DNA of 32,801 nucleotides from Verrucomicrobiales bacterium (GTDB lineage Bacteria > Verrucomicrobiota > Verrucomicrobiia > Limisphaerales > SIBH01): positions 1-32,801 of the forward strand of contig CANMZY010000001.1 in NCBI GenBank assembly GCA_947502425.1. The letters are read 5' to 3'. The translations under genes were made by a program, and so were the position numbers. Position 1 is the stretch's first letter. Each line of letters begins with the position of its first letter. Below are positions 18,201 to 25,154 of the stretch, one piece after another. Under the pieces are notes generated by a model that saw only the letters and a list, made by a program, of their open reading frames with translations, did no database searches and was not told the DNA's origin.

Positions 18201-20483
18201 TGGCGGATCAACGACGCCTACGACAGCAGTGATTCGCTCAGCGCCACGCAGCGGAATCTCATCACCCAGTATGTCACCAACGGCGGCTCGTTCTTCATGT
18301 CGTCGATGGAGATTCTCACGCGGCTCATCGACGGCGGCGGCGCGGGCTTCGTGACCAATGTCCTTCATGTCTCGCGCTTCACGCGCAACCCTCTTTTCAG
18401 TGGCTGCGACACCTGCGACGAGGACCACACCGTCCCGACCGCCGAGGGCATTCCGCAGGATCCGATCACCGAGGGCCTGCTGGTCGATCTGGATTACTCG
18501 CACTATCCGGAGATTGAAATTCTCGGGCTGGGTCCCGATTTCGCCGACACCTTCGGCGTGAAGCACGACGCGACGGAAGCGTGGTGGGATTACAATTCCG
18601 GTCTGCCCGCCGGCCTGCGCTACCCGCGCACGGGCCAGGAAAGCACCGGGCGGGTCGTCTTTTTCTCGTTCCCGCTGGACGCCATTCCGACGAACGGCCC
18701 GGACGGGAATCTGCGCGCGACGGTGCTGCGGCGCGTGATGCAGTTTCTCATTCCTGGACTCGACGGCATTGGCAGCATCGGCCTGGACCGGGACGGCTAC
18801 ACCATTCCTGATGCGGTCACGATTGAGGTCGCCGACTCGGATCTCGCGGGCACGAATCAAATGACCGTGCAAGTTTACAGCGACAGCGTCACGAACCACA
18901 TTCCGGTCACGCTTTACGCGACGACGCATCCGGGCATGTTCCGGGGCATCGCCACGCTGATGAACACCAACGCGCCGCCGGCCGCCGGACGGCTGCGCGC
19001 GAACAACGGCGACACCATTCATGCGCTCTACGTCGATGCGTCGGGCGGCGTCACTATTGCGGCGGCGGCGGAAGTGGATGCGACCGCGCCGACGATCTCC
19101 GGCCTGCTCGCGGTGCCGGATTACGAAAGCGTGACCGTGACCTGGACGACTTCGGAAGACACTGACGCGCTGGTGGAGTTCGGCGAATCACCCTTCCTCG
19201 GACGCACCGCCTATCTTGAGGACTTCGACACGGAGCACGAAATCGTGCTGACCGGACTGGTGCCGGACCAGGTGTATTACTACCGCCTCATCTCGCGCGA
19301 TCCGTCGGGCAACACGGTGACAGCCGATAATTTCGGAACCAATTATTCCGTGCGCACACTGGTGCCGCTCACTCCGCCGTTCGTCGATCACTTCGATGCG
19401 GGCGCGGATCTCTGGACGGTCTTCAACAGCGAGGACACACAGGTGCAATGGACGCTCGGCGTGCCGAACAACGACCTCGTCACCGCCGGCCATTCGCCGC
19501 CGAACGCCTGGGGCAGCAGCTTGCACAACGATTACGCCGATCTGATCGACACGTTTCTCATCAGCCCGGCGATCCGCCTCACGGGCGGCAACTCGGCGCG
19601 GCTCCAGTTCTGGCACACCTACGATTTCAGGGAGCAGACGGAGACGGACCTGATCACCGGCGGCGAGCTGCTCATCATCACCAACGCCAACTCCGCGCCG
19701 ATCTCGCTCGCCGTCTATGAAGACCTCAACGGCGGCTGGGAGCTGGAGGACATCGACCTTTCGCCGCACCTCGGGCGCGTGGTTTATTTCGTGTGGCATC
19801 ATCAACTGCTGGCGTTCGAGGCCGCGTCGCGCCCCGGCTGGCTGATCGATGATGTGTCCGTGACGGTCAGCACCATCACGCCCGGCACGTTGCGCGTGAC
19901 GAACAATCTTTCGCAGGCGGCATACACCATCGACGATGCCAGCGGCAGCGTGTCGATCGCGGGGCAGGGGACTTCCTTCGTGCTGACCAACGCCGTGCCG
20001 GGGACTTACACGGTGACCTGGGGCCTGGTCACGAACTGGAACACGCCCGCGCCGCAGACTGCCTCGGTGGTCGCGCTCGGCACGACGGTCTTCACCGGCA
20101 GCTACACCCTCACCGACACGAACGGCAACGGCATGGCCGACTCGTGGGAACGGACCTGGTTCGGCAGCGCGTCCGCCTCGCATCCGGCGACGACCGACAC
20201 GGACCACGACGGCCTGTCCGACCACGGGGAATTTCTCGCCGGCACGAACCCGACCAACAGCGCGTCGGTGCTCCGCTTCCTGAAACCGGTGGTGCAGAAC
20301 ACCGGCGCGGTGCGGCTCGACTGGCCGACGGTGCCGGGCCGCAGCTATCGCCTGACCGGCAGCACCAATCTGAATTCGTGGAGCACGGTTGCGGATTGGA
20401 CTCGCGCCAACGGGAGCATCCTTTCGTTCACCACCAGCCTGACCAACACCACGCGCTTTTATCGGTTGGAAGTGAAGCCGTAG
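15282..20483 (+). CDS. very large secreted subtilisin-like serine protease (peptidase S8) with I9-like propeptide and multiple beta-sandwich/FN3-like modules
   Basis: Catalytic triad motifs are in order: VAVADSGL (Asp codon 16089-16091), HGTHVAG (His 16200-16202), GGTSQSGPHASG (Ser 16803-16805). The signal peptide is MILGQLGSARRLFFVAAFLLGTAAAFA, so the start may be 15363 rather than 15282 or 15312. Two FN3-like modules are seen (VITWLTDEPVTSVVRY...; VTVTWTTSEDTDALVEFG...YYYRLISRDPSGN). The C-terminal DTDHDGLSDHGEFLAGTNPTNSASVLRF module is common in verrucomicrobial surface proteins. Confidence 0.9.
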   Translation: MQWRRPLLQQMNLAALVPPPVARYGVAMILGQLGSARRLFFVAAFLLGTAAAFAESRVVRLRNERIETPDKVQQPVQSLAQNPALAHTGLFVLQFDGPVQAAWSTELKKRGVTLVRYVPDHAFIARAAGVKLRDLEALSFVRWTGAFRPEHKVHGGLLNQNVAAADEVGVSILLAADATPPQLAGARGLMKRGASETASRFGQVWRGQVTRAQLNALAASDAVLWIERGPQIRLFDETASKIVGGDSGAHPTYVQALGYDGSGVVVAVADSGLHLGDANLMHPDLLGRVDALFFYGELTDASDEHGHGTHVAGIVAANGATGEIDDYGALWGLGVAPGAHVIAQRIFDGEGNYEAPPSFFDLTRDAVQAGADIGSNSWGDDTQGRYDLSAAEFDGLVRDADGTGHPYILEFSAGNAGPGAQTIGSPAVAKNVIATGAAENNRYDYFIYDSGQETMADFSSRGPCEDGRIKPDLTAPGTWISSLRSPVGNDEFAWGDISFFYMFQGGTSQSGPHASGAAAVFVQWYRESHTNATPSPALVKAALINSALDMDDETGGTSPAPNHDEGWGQIDLTEIIGSDRVFDFVDQAVTLATGQQFERHVIISDSIEPLKITLAYTDVPGFPGALAALVNDLDLEVIAPDGTTYHGNQFEGGASIPNAPGYDAINNVEAVHITVPLPGEYIVRIHARNVPSDARTDTVGVDQDFALVASGIMPPAGQGIVFLDRPAYTAPGVMKIKLIDASLATGATPNVTIKSATETNGFALVLHSAGYPGSFTGSVATAAGAAANDGVLQIAHGNWIRAEYFDVSANVTRTASAVADLLPPVITSVVEVNEYGEAVITWLTDEPVTSVVRYNTNTPLSLVISNNFLVTGHSVVVANFQPGKTYKYAVSGTDAAGNTSTNNNGGVFFIFVAPTNATVLLVNAYTFDDANSDAEKLPLSVYTNALRAAGISFDVVSVTNLGIARLRPYPVVMWRINDAYDSSDSLSATQRNLITQYVTNGGSFFMSSMEILTRLIDGGGAGFVTNVLHVSRFTRNPLFSGCDTCDEDHTVPTAEGIPQDPITEGLLVDLDYSHYPEIEILGLGPDFADTFGVKHDATEAWWDYNSGLPAGLRYPRTGQESTGRVVFFSFPLDAIPTNGPDGNLRATVLRRVMQFLIPGLDGIGSIGLDRDGYTIPDAVTIEVADSDLAGTNQMTVQVYSDSVTNHIPVTLYATTHPGMFRGIATLMNTNAPPAAGRLRANNGDTIHALYVDASGGVTIAAAAEVDATAPTISGLLAVPDYESVTVTWTTSEDTDALVEFGESPFLGRTAYLEDFDTEHEIVLTGLVPDQVYYYRLISRDPSGNTVTADNFGTNYSVRTLVPLTPPFVDHFDAGADLWTVFNSEDTQVQWTLGVPNNDLVTAGHSPPNAWGSSLHNDYADLIDTFLISPAIRLTGGNSARLQFWHTYDFREQTETDLITGGELLIITNANSAPISLAVYEDLNGGWELEDIDLSPHLGRVVYFVWHHQLLAFEAASRPGWLIDDVSVTVSTITPGTLRVTNNLSQAAYTIDDASGSVSIAGQGTSFVLTNAVPGTYTVTWGLVTNWNTPAPQTASVVALGTTVFTGSYTLTDTNGNGMADSWERTWFGSASASHPATTDTDHDGLSDHGEFLAGTNPTNSASVLRFLKPVVQNTGAVRLDWPTVPGRSYRLTGSTNLNSWSTVADWTRANGSILSFTTSLTNTTRFYRLEVKP

Positions 20484-20534
20484 GTGGAAACGTGTTGTCA
20501 AAATGACCAAGTCGAAACCATTCAATTGAACGCG

Positions 20535-20681
20535 CCCCTCACCCCGTCCCTCTCCCCATCGGATGGGGAGAGGGTGAACGTCCGCTTATCGTGACGCTGC
20601 ATAATATCCACTGAACGACGAAACGTGGGCGCGCTCTTCTCCCTCTCCCCGTCCGACGGAGAGAGGGTTGGGGTGAGGGGG
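20535..20681. repeat. second inverted pair of the CCTCACCCC...CCCTCTCCCC...GGGGAGAGGG repeat family
   Basis: 20535-20580 and the reverse complement of 20638-20681 align at roughly 36 of 43 positions. They belong to the same family as 13399-13592. The pair lies between convergent genes and generates the LSPSDGER pseudo-peptides in the track. Confidence 0.7.
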
Positions 20682-20754
20682 TTTTCCGTCTGCCAGTTCC
20701 TGCTAAGAAAAATCGGCATTATTTTGACCCATCCTTCGGCAATTTTTTCTGGCA

Positions 20755-22149
20755 TCACAACCTCGGCAAACTCGCCGCCGCCACCGCCTGGCCGTGCCGC
20801 TTGTCCTTCTCGTCCGGCACATGAAACGCGATGCGTTTCGCTAGTTCCGCGAACTCGGCGCGCAGCACTTCCTTCGCACCCGCAATGATCACGTCGCCGC
20901 CCTGGCCGCTGGTCACGCGCCCGAGAATCAGCACATGGTCGAAATCGTAGAAGTCCGCGTAGTGCGCGATGGAATAGCCGAGATAGGTGCCGATGGTCTG
21001 GTAAATTTTGCGCGCGCGCTCGTCACCCTGCGCCATGAGCGCCTGCACCAGCTTGAGTTTTTCCGGCAAGGGCAGTTGGGCCTCCGCCTCGATGCCCGCC
21101 GGCGCGAGCAGCCGTCCGACGGCCTGCTGGGAGAAATACTGCGCGCCCACGCCGTGGTCGCCGCTCCACTCGTCGCGCGGCGCGTCGGCGCGGAAGTCCA
21201 CCGGCGTGAAGGCGAGTTCGTTGAGCCACGACGTGATGCCGCCGTCCCGGGTGACGTAGCCGGCGGCCAGGCTGGTGCCCATCGCCAGGCCGAGCACGGC
21301 GTTTTGTCCGAGCGCCATCGAACCGGCCAGCGCGGTCACTTCGCCGTCGTTGACGACTTCGAGCGGCACGCCGCCCATCGCGTGCTGCACCTCGAAGAAC
21401 AAATTTTTCACACGCTGGTCGAACAACTCGGGCGCGACCCCGCGAAAGAGCGAGGCAACTTTCACGCGGTTGTTCACGTAACAGCCCGCCGCGCTGCCGC
21501 CGATGGCATCGACGCGCGGCAGGTGCGCGGCGGCTTTTTGCAGCGAGTCCATGATGCCGTCGAAGTGATACTGCGGGTCGGGATGAAAATACGGGTCCCA
21601 CACCGTCTCCTCGCTGAAGACAACCCGGCCATCGATGACCGCCGCAACCTTGCGATCGCTGCCGCCGAGATCGAAGCCGATGCGGCAGCCGTCAAGATGG
21701 CGGCCCAGCGGTTGCGTGGCGGCACGGGGCGGCGGCAGTTCGCGCGGGCTGCTGACCTCGATGGGACGGTCGTAAATTTTCTCGCCGATGATGTGGGAAT
21801 CGAACTTCCCCGTGGCCGTCTCCCGGAAATGATTTTGCAACTGCGTGGCGAGCTGCGCGGAGCCGGCGAGATGAATTCTCCAGCCGCCCCGGCTCCAGAG
21901 GAGAAATTTCACCAGCCGTTCGATGCAGGTGAAATTGCCCGCCGCGCCGGGCCGTCCTTCCGCGAAAATTTCCGTGGCGTGATGAAACACCGAACCATCG
22001 GCCTGCTCCAGCGCCAGCCGCAGCGGCTGCGGGTTTCCGAAAGCCTTGACGGCGGCGAGAAAGGCGCGGTTCGCCAGCACGGCCGGGCGGAAAGCCGGGT
22101 CCAGCGGCGGCACGATTTGCGGCCGCACCAGCGGCAGGCCGTGGTTCAT
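20755..22149 (-). CDS. ROK-family / actin-fold sugar kinase-like protein with long N-terminal extension
   Basis: RIGFDLGGSDRKVAAVIDGRV (phosphate-1 DxGG motif), VVNDGEVTALAG and GLAMGTSLAAG segments are typical of ROK/glucokinase-fold ATPases. The start is taken at MNHGLPL (22149). Substrate unknown. Confidence 0.75.
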   Translation of the reverse strand: MNHGLPLVRPQIVPPLDPAFRPAVLANRAFLAAVKAFGNPQPLRLALEQADGSVFHHATEIFAEGRPGAAGNFTCIERLVKFLLWSRGGWRIHLAGSAQLATQLQNHFRETATGKFDSHIIGEKIYDRPIEVSSPRELPPPRAATQPLGRHLDGCRIGFDLGGSDRKVAAVIDGRVVFSEETVWDPYFHPDPQYHFDGIMDSLQKAAAHLPRVDAIGGSAAGCYVNNRVKVASLFRGVAPELFDQRVKNLFFEVQHAMGGVPLEVVNDGEVTALAGSMALGQNAVLGLAMGTSLAAGYVTRDGGITSWLNELAFTPVDFRADAPRDEWSGDHGVGAQYFSQQAVGRLLAPAGIEAEAQLPLPEKLKLVQALMAQGDERARKIYQTIGTYLGYSIAHYADFYDFDHVLILGRVTSGQGGDVIIAGAKEVLRAEFAELAKRIAFHVPDEKDKRHGQAVAAASLPRL

Positions 22150-22270
22150 TTCCGGTTCTGATGGCGGGGAAAAATTCACGCGACGGTTATGCCGAAAATC
22201 ACCAGGCACGTAAATCATTTCATCAATGTGCCCGCGTTGTGAGGTGCAACACGCAACTGGCGAACCCAAT

Positions 22271-22415
22271 CCAGTAGGGCGGCGTTGCCGCGCCGCCGAA
22301 ATCTTACCGGCAGCAGGCGAAGCGATGCCGGCGGTCGTTGCAGCATCTGTGGCTGGAACATCGCTTCGCTCCTTCTCTCCGAAGTTTCGGATGCGCGGCA
22401 GCGCATCCCTACCGG
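22271..22415. repeat. 145-nt palindromic intergenic element (two inverted units of about 57 nt, each with a GC hairpin next to CCCTACYGG)
   Basis: The reverse complement of 22271-22297 is GGCGGCGCGGCAACGCCGCCCTACTGG, versus 22389-22415 GGATGCGCGGCAGCGCATCCCTACCGG. The stems differ by paired, compensatory changes. There is an inner perfect 11-bp inverted repeat: GCGAAGCGATG (22317-22327) / CATCGCTTCGC (22359-22369). Confidence 0.7.
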
Positions 22416-22419
22416 AAAG

Positions 22420-22941
22420 CTAAACGATCCGGCGGATCGATTCATCCGGCGCGAGCAGGCTCAACAGTTCGCTCACGCTGCGGCTTTGTCCGGGCAGCAC
22501 AAAATCCGGCGCGATCTCGCTCAAGGGCTGGAGGACAAAGCGGCGTTCGTGCGCGCGTGGATGCGGGAGCGTGAGCTGCGTTGTGGCGCGGATCTCACGG
22601 CCGAAGGCGATCAAATCCAAATCGAGCGGACGCGCCTCGTGCAAAACTTTCCTGGGCCGGCGGCCAAACTCCTTCTCCAGCGCCTGCAATTTTAGGATCA
22701 GCGATTCCGGCGTCTCGCCCGCGCGCGGCGTGAGCGCAACGACGGCGTTCACAAACATGGGCGAGCCGGGCGGGCAATCGACCGGCGCGGTTTGCCCCAG
22801 GGAAGATTTTTCCAGCGGCGCGTCGGAAAACTCCTGCAACCGCGCCATCGCGTCGCGGAGGATTTGCGCGGAGTCGCCGAGATTGGAGCCGAGCGCGATG
22901 AAGGCGAATTCCGCGTTCCGCGTTCCGCGTTCCGCGTTCAT
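22420..22941 (-). CDS. folK: 2-amino-4-hydroxy-6-hydroxymethyldihydropteridine diphosphokinase (HPPK)
   Basis: FIALGSNLGDS..., PLDLDLIAFG, LTLPHPRAHERRFVLQPL are canonical HPPK motifs. The only usable start is the ATG at 22941, which overlaps the dapB stop (ATGA). Confidence 0.9.
   Translation of the reverse strand: MNAERGTRNAEFAFIALGSNLGDSAQILRDAMARLQEFSDAPLEKSSLGQTAPVDCPPGSPMFVNAVVALTPRAGETPESLILKLQALEKEFGRRPRKVLHEARPLDLDLIAFGREIRATTQLTLPHPRAHERRFVLQPLSEIAPDFVLPGQSRSVSELLSLLAPDESIRRIV
22909..22939. repeat. perfect heptanucleotide tandem repeat TTCCGCG x4 (+ partial) covering folK codons 2-11
   Basis: Direct reading gives ttccgcg ttccgcg ttccgcg ttccgcg ttc, which encodes NAERGTRNAE on the minus strand. 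Confidence 0.9.
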
Positions 22942-23672
22942 TTCAACCCCAGCACATCCTGCATGTCGTAAATCCCCGGCTTCTGCCGCACCACCCATTG
23001 CGCGGCCCGGAGCGCGCCGTTGGCGAAGGTCTCGCGGCTGCTGGCTTTGTGGGTGAGTTCCACCCGTTCGCCGTTGGCGGCAAAAATGACGGTGTGATCA
23101 CCAACGACATCGCCGCCGCGAATTGCGTGGATGCCGATCTCGCCGCTGGTGCGTTCGCCCACGATGCCTTCGCGTCCGTGGCGCAGCGCGTCGGCGATCT
23201 GGAGTTGGCGGACGTCGGCAAGAATTTCGAGGAGCGTGGTGGCGGTGCCGCTCGGCGCGTCTTTCTTGAGGCGATGGTGCATCTCGACGACTTCCAGATC
23301 GAAGCCCGGTCCCAGAATTTCCCCCGCTTTGCGCGTGAGCCAGAAGAGGGTGTTGACGCCGGTGGAGTAGTTGGATGACCAAACCATCGGGATCTCCGCT
23401 TTCCGCTTTCCGATTTCCGCTTTGTCTTTCTCACTGTGGCCGGTGGTGCCAATGACGAGCGCCTTTTTGTGCTGCGCGCACAAGGCGGCGACGGCGGGCG
23501 TGACGTCGTGAAAACTGAAATCAATCACCGCATCGCACCCGGCGATGATGGCCCCGAGGTCGTCGCCCTGATCGACCTGGCCGACGACCTGGAGTTCAGG
23601 AATGTGCGCGGCACAGGCGAGCAGCGTCTGGCCCATGCGCCCTTTGGAACCGGTGATGATGATGCGAGTCAT
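22938..23672 (-). CDS. dapB: 4-hydroxy-tetrahydrodipicolinate reductase
   Basis: MTRIIITGSKGRMG Rossmann start, EMHHRLKKDAPSGTA motif, and collinear similarity to DapB over the full length. Confidence 0.95.
   Translation of the reverse strand: MTRIIITGSKGRMGQTLLACAAHIPELQVVGQVDQGDDLGAIIAGCDAVIDFSFHDVTPAVAALCAQHKKALVIGTTGHSEKDKAEIGKRKAEIPMVWSSNYSTGVNTLFWLTRKAGEILGPGFDLEVVEMHHRLKKDAPSGTATTLLEILADVRQLQIADALRHGREGIVGERTSGEIGIHAIRGGDVVGDHTVIFAANGERVELTHKASSRETFANGALRAAQWVVRQKPGIYDMQDVLGLK
23394..23428. repeat. imperfect heptad array (CTCCGCT TTCCGCT TTCCGAT TTCCGCT TTGTCTT) inside dapB
   Basis: Direct reading. It encodes KDKAEIGKRKAEI on the minus strand. It is not an insertion: the segment has the same length as the equivalent E. 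coli DapB region as I recall it. Confidence 0.6.
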
Positions 23673-23675
23673 ACG

Positions 23676-24569
23676 CTATTTCAAAACCCCGCACGCCTTC
23701 AACGTCGCCCGGAGCGCGTCGCGATTTTTTCCGCTCATGGCCACGAGCGGCAGGCGGTATTCCTCCGCCATCATGCCCATCATGGCCAGCGCGGCCTTGA
23801 CCGGGACCGGGTTGGTCTCGATGAACAGGTCTTTGAACAGCGGATAATATTTCGCGTGAATTCGCTGCGCTAGGCCGACCTTGCCCTTGGCGAAAGCGTC
23901 CACCAGATGCGCCACTTCGCGCGGAATCACGTTCGAGGCCACGCTGACGACGCCGTTCGCACCGACCGCCATGAACGGCAGCGTGAGCGAATCATCGCCG
24001 CTGAGAATCGTGAACTTCGGCCCGAGCACCTGGCGGAGCTGGCTGACGCGGTCGGCGTTGCCGCCAGCCTCCTTGATGCCGACGATGTTCACGCTGTCGT
24101 GCGCGAGGCGGTTCACCGTGTCCACGGCGATCTCGATGCCGCAACGGCCCGGAATGCTGTAGAGCACGACGGGCATTTTCGTGGCGCGGGCGATGGCGTG
24201 GAAATGCTGGAACAAACCTTCCTGCGACGGCTTGTTGTAGTAGGGCGCGACTTGCAGCGTGCCGTCGGCCCCGGCCTCCTCGGCGGCCTTGGTGAGATAA
24301 ATGGCCTCGCTGGTGGAATTGCCACCGGTGCCGGCGAGCACTTTGATCTTGCCGTGGGCGAATTCGACGGCCAGTTCGATGACGCGGATGTGCTCCTCGT
24401 AATCGAGCGTGGGCGATTCGCCGGTGGTGCCGACGGGGACGATGCCGTCCACGCCGCCCTTGATCTGGGCTTTGACAAGGCGTTCAAGCGCGCTCTCGTC
24501 GAGCGTGCCGTTTTTGAACGGCGTGACGATGGCGGTGTAGGTGCCGATAAACAGGTGTTGTTCGTTCAC
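23676..24569 (-). CDS. dapA: 4-hydroxy-tetrahydrodipicolinate synthase
   Basis: GTYTAIVTPF..., VPVGTTGESPTL, and full-length similarity to DapA. The stop is 3 nt upstream of the dapB start. Confidence 0.95.
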   Translation of the reverse strand: MNEQHLFIGTYTAIVTPFKNGTLDESALERLVKAQIKGGVDGIVPVGTTGESPTLDYEEHIRVIELAVEFAHGKIKVLAGTGGNSTSEAIYLTKAAEEAGADGTLQVAPYYNKPSQEGLFQHFHAIARATKMPVVLYSIPGRCGIEIAVDTVNRLAHDSVNIVGIKEAGGNADRVSQLRQVLGPKFTILSGDDSLTLPFMAVGANGVVSVASNVIPREVAHLVDAFAKGKVGLAQRIHAKYYPLFKDLFIETNPVPVKAALAMMGMMAEEYRLPLVAMSGKNRDALRATLKACGVLK

Positions 24570-24622
24570 AGTGGGAGTTGATTTTGGGGAAACCGAGGGA
24601 TTTGACCAGCCTGTATTTTCGG

Positions 24623-24939
24623 TCAGAGGACTTCGATGGCGTGGGCGGTCAACCAGATGTCCAGTTGTTGAAAACGACTTTTCAAGCGCGTCTTCAATTG
24701 CAGGAAAAATTCGCGATTGGCCGGAGTGTCGGCCACATCGATAAACAACCGCACCAGATCACTGCGGAAAATTTGCCCCTCGTCCGACCAAAGACCGTGA
24801 ATGGTTTGCGTCTCGCAGGAAACCGCTCCGAATTGCAGGCCAGTTCCAGCATGGTATCCGAGACCAGCTCGTCCGGCACTGGCTGTCCGTCGTTAAACCG
24901 CAACGGCAGCAGGATTTCGTAGCGACGTGATGCGTTCAT
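24623..24939 (-). pseudogene. frameshifted small conserved hypothetical gene (about 105 aa when repaired)
   Basis: The frame from ATG 24939 reads MNASRRYEILLPLRFNDGQPVPDELVSDTMLELA, then becomes nonsense. A second frame with no Met (so absent from the track) reads LQFGAVSCETQTIHGLWSDEGQIFRSDLVRLFIDVADTPANREFFLQLKTRLKSRFQQLDIWLTAHAIEVL, ending at stop 24623-24625. One missing base near 24836-24842 (caggcc) joins the two. Confidence 0.65.
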
Positions 24940-25111
24940 AACTGGCCCGGCCTTCGGCGTGAAATGCGATTCCCTCCAAGGCTAGATAACTGAGCGCCGG
25001 CTCCGGCACCATCGTTTCGCCCGTAGCCCAGGTCTTGAACGAGAATCGCCCGGCGAGCTTGCCCAGCGCGAACCGCTCAGTCTCAACATCCGCAAAACGA
25101 ATGATTGTCAT
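24893..25111 (-). CDS. small (72 aa) hypothetical protein, upstream partner of the frameshifted gene
   Basis: The ORF has coding-like sequence (MTIIRFADVETERFALGKLAGRFSFKTWATGETMVPEPALSYLALEGIAF...). It overlaps the next start by 47 nt. I recall similar small proteins in other phyla but cannot verify that here. Confidence 0.5.
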   Translation of the reverse strand: MTIIRFADVETERFALGKLAGRFSFKTWATGETMVPEPALSYLALEGIAFHAEGRASYERITSLRNPAAVAV

Positions 25112-25154
25112 GGCGGTAGGTTAGATGATTTTCAATTTGGCGGCAAGCCCGTCG

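Noticed and set aside
15396-20525. Series of long minus-strand ORFs inside the S8 protease gene (15396..17081, 17178..17900, 18075..19022, 19188..20525).
   Set aside because: The plus strand carries an uninterrupted 5.2-kb frame with the complete subtilase triad. The antisense ORFs are compositional artefacts.
20935-22161. 408-aa plus-strand ORF antisense to the ROK gene. Also 23907..24581 (antisense to dapA), 25125..25979 (antisense to dapF), 26746..27705 (antisense to shc) and 31207..32046 (antisense to the sulfatase-like paralog).
   Set aside because: The opposite strands encode well-recognised proteins, and these ORFs show no motifs.
22389-22409. The GC hairpin right after the folK stop as an intrinsic terminator.
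   Set aside because: On the transcribed (minus) strand the stem is followed by GAAACTTCGG, not a U-tract. It is part of a larger palindromic element.
9412-22415. Whether the recurring hairpin repeats constitute a CRISPR array.
   Set aside because: Each locus has only two copies, and they are in inverted rather than direct orientation. The spacers are unequal in length and there are no cas genes.
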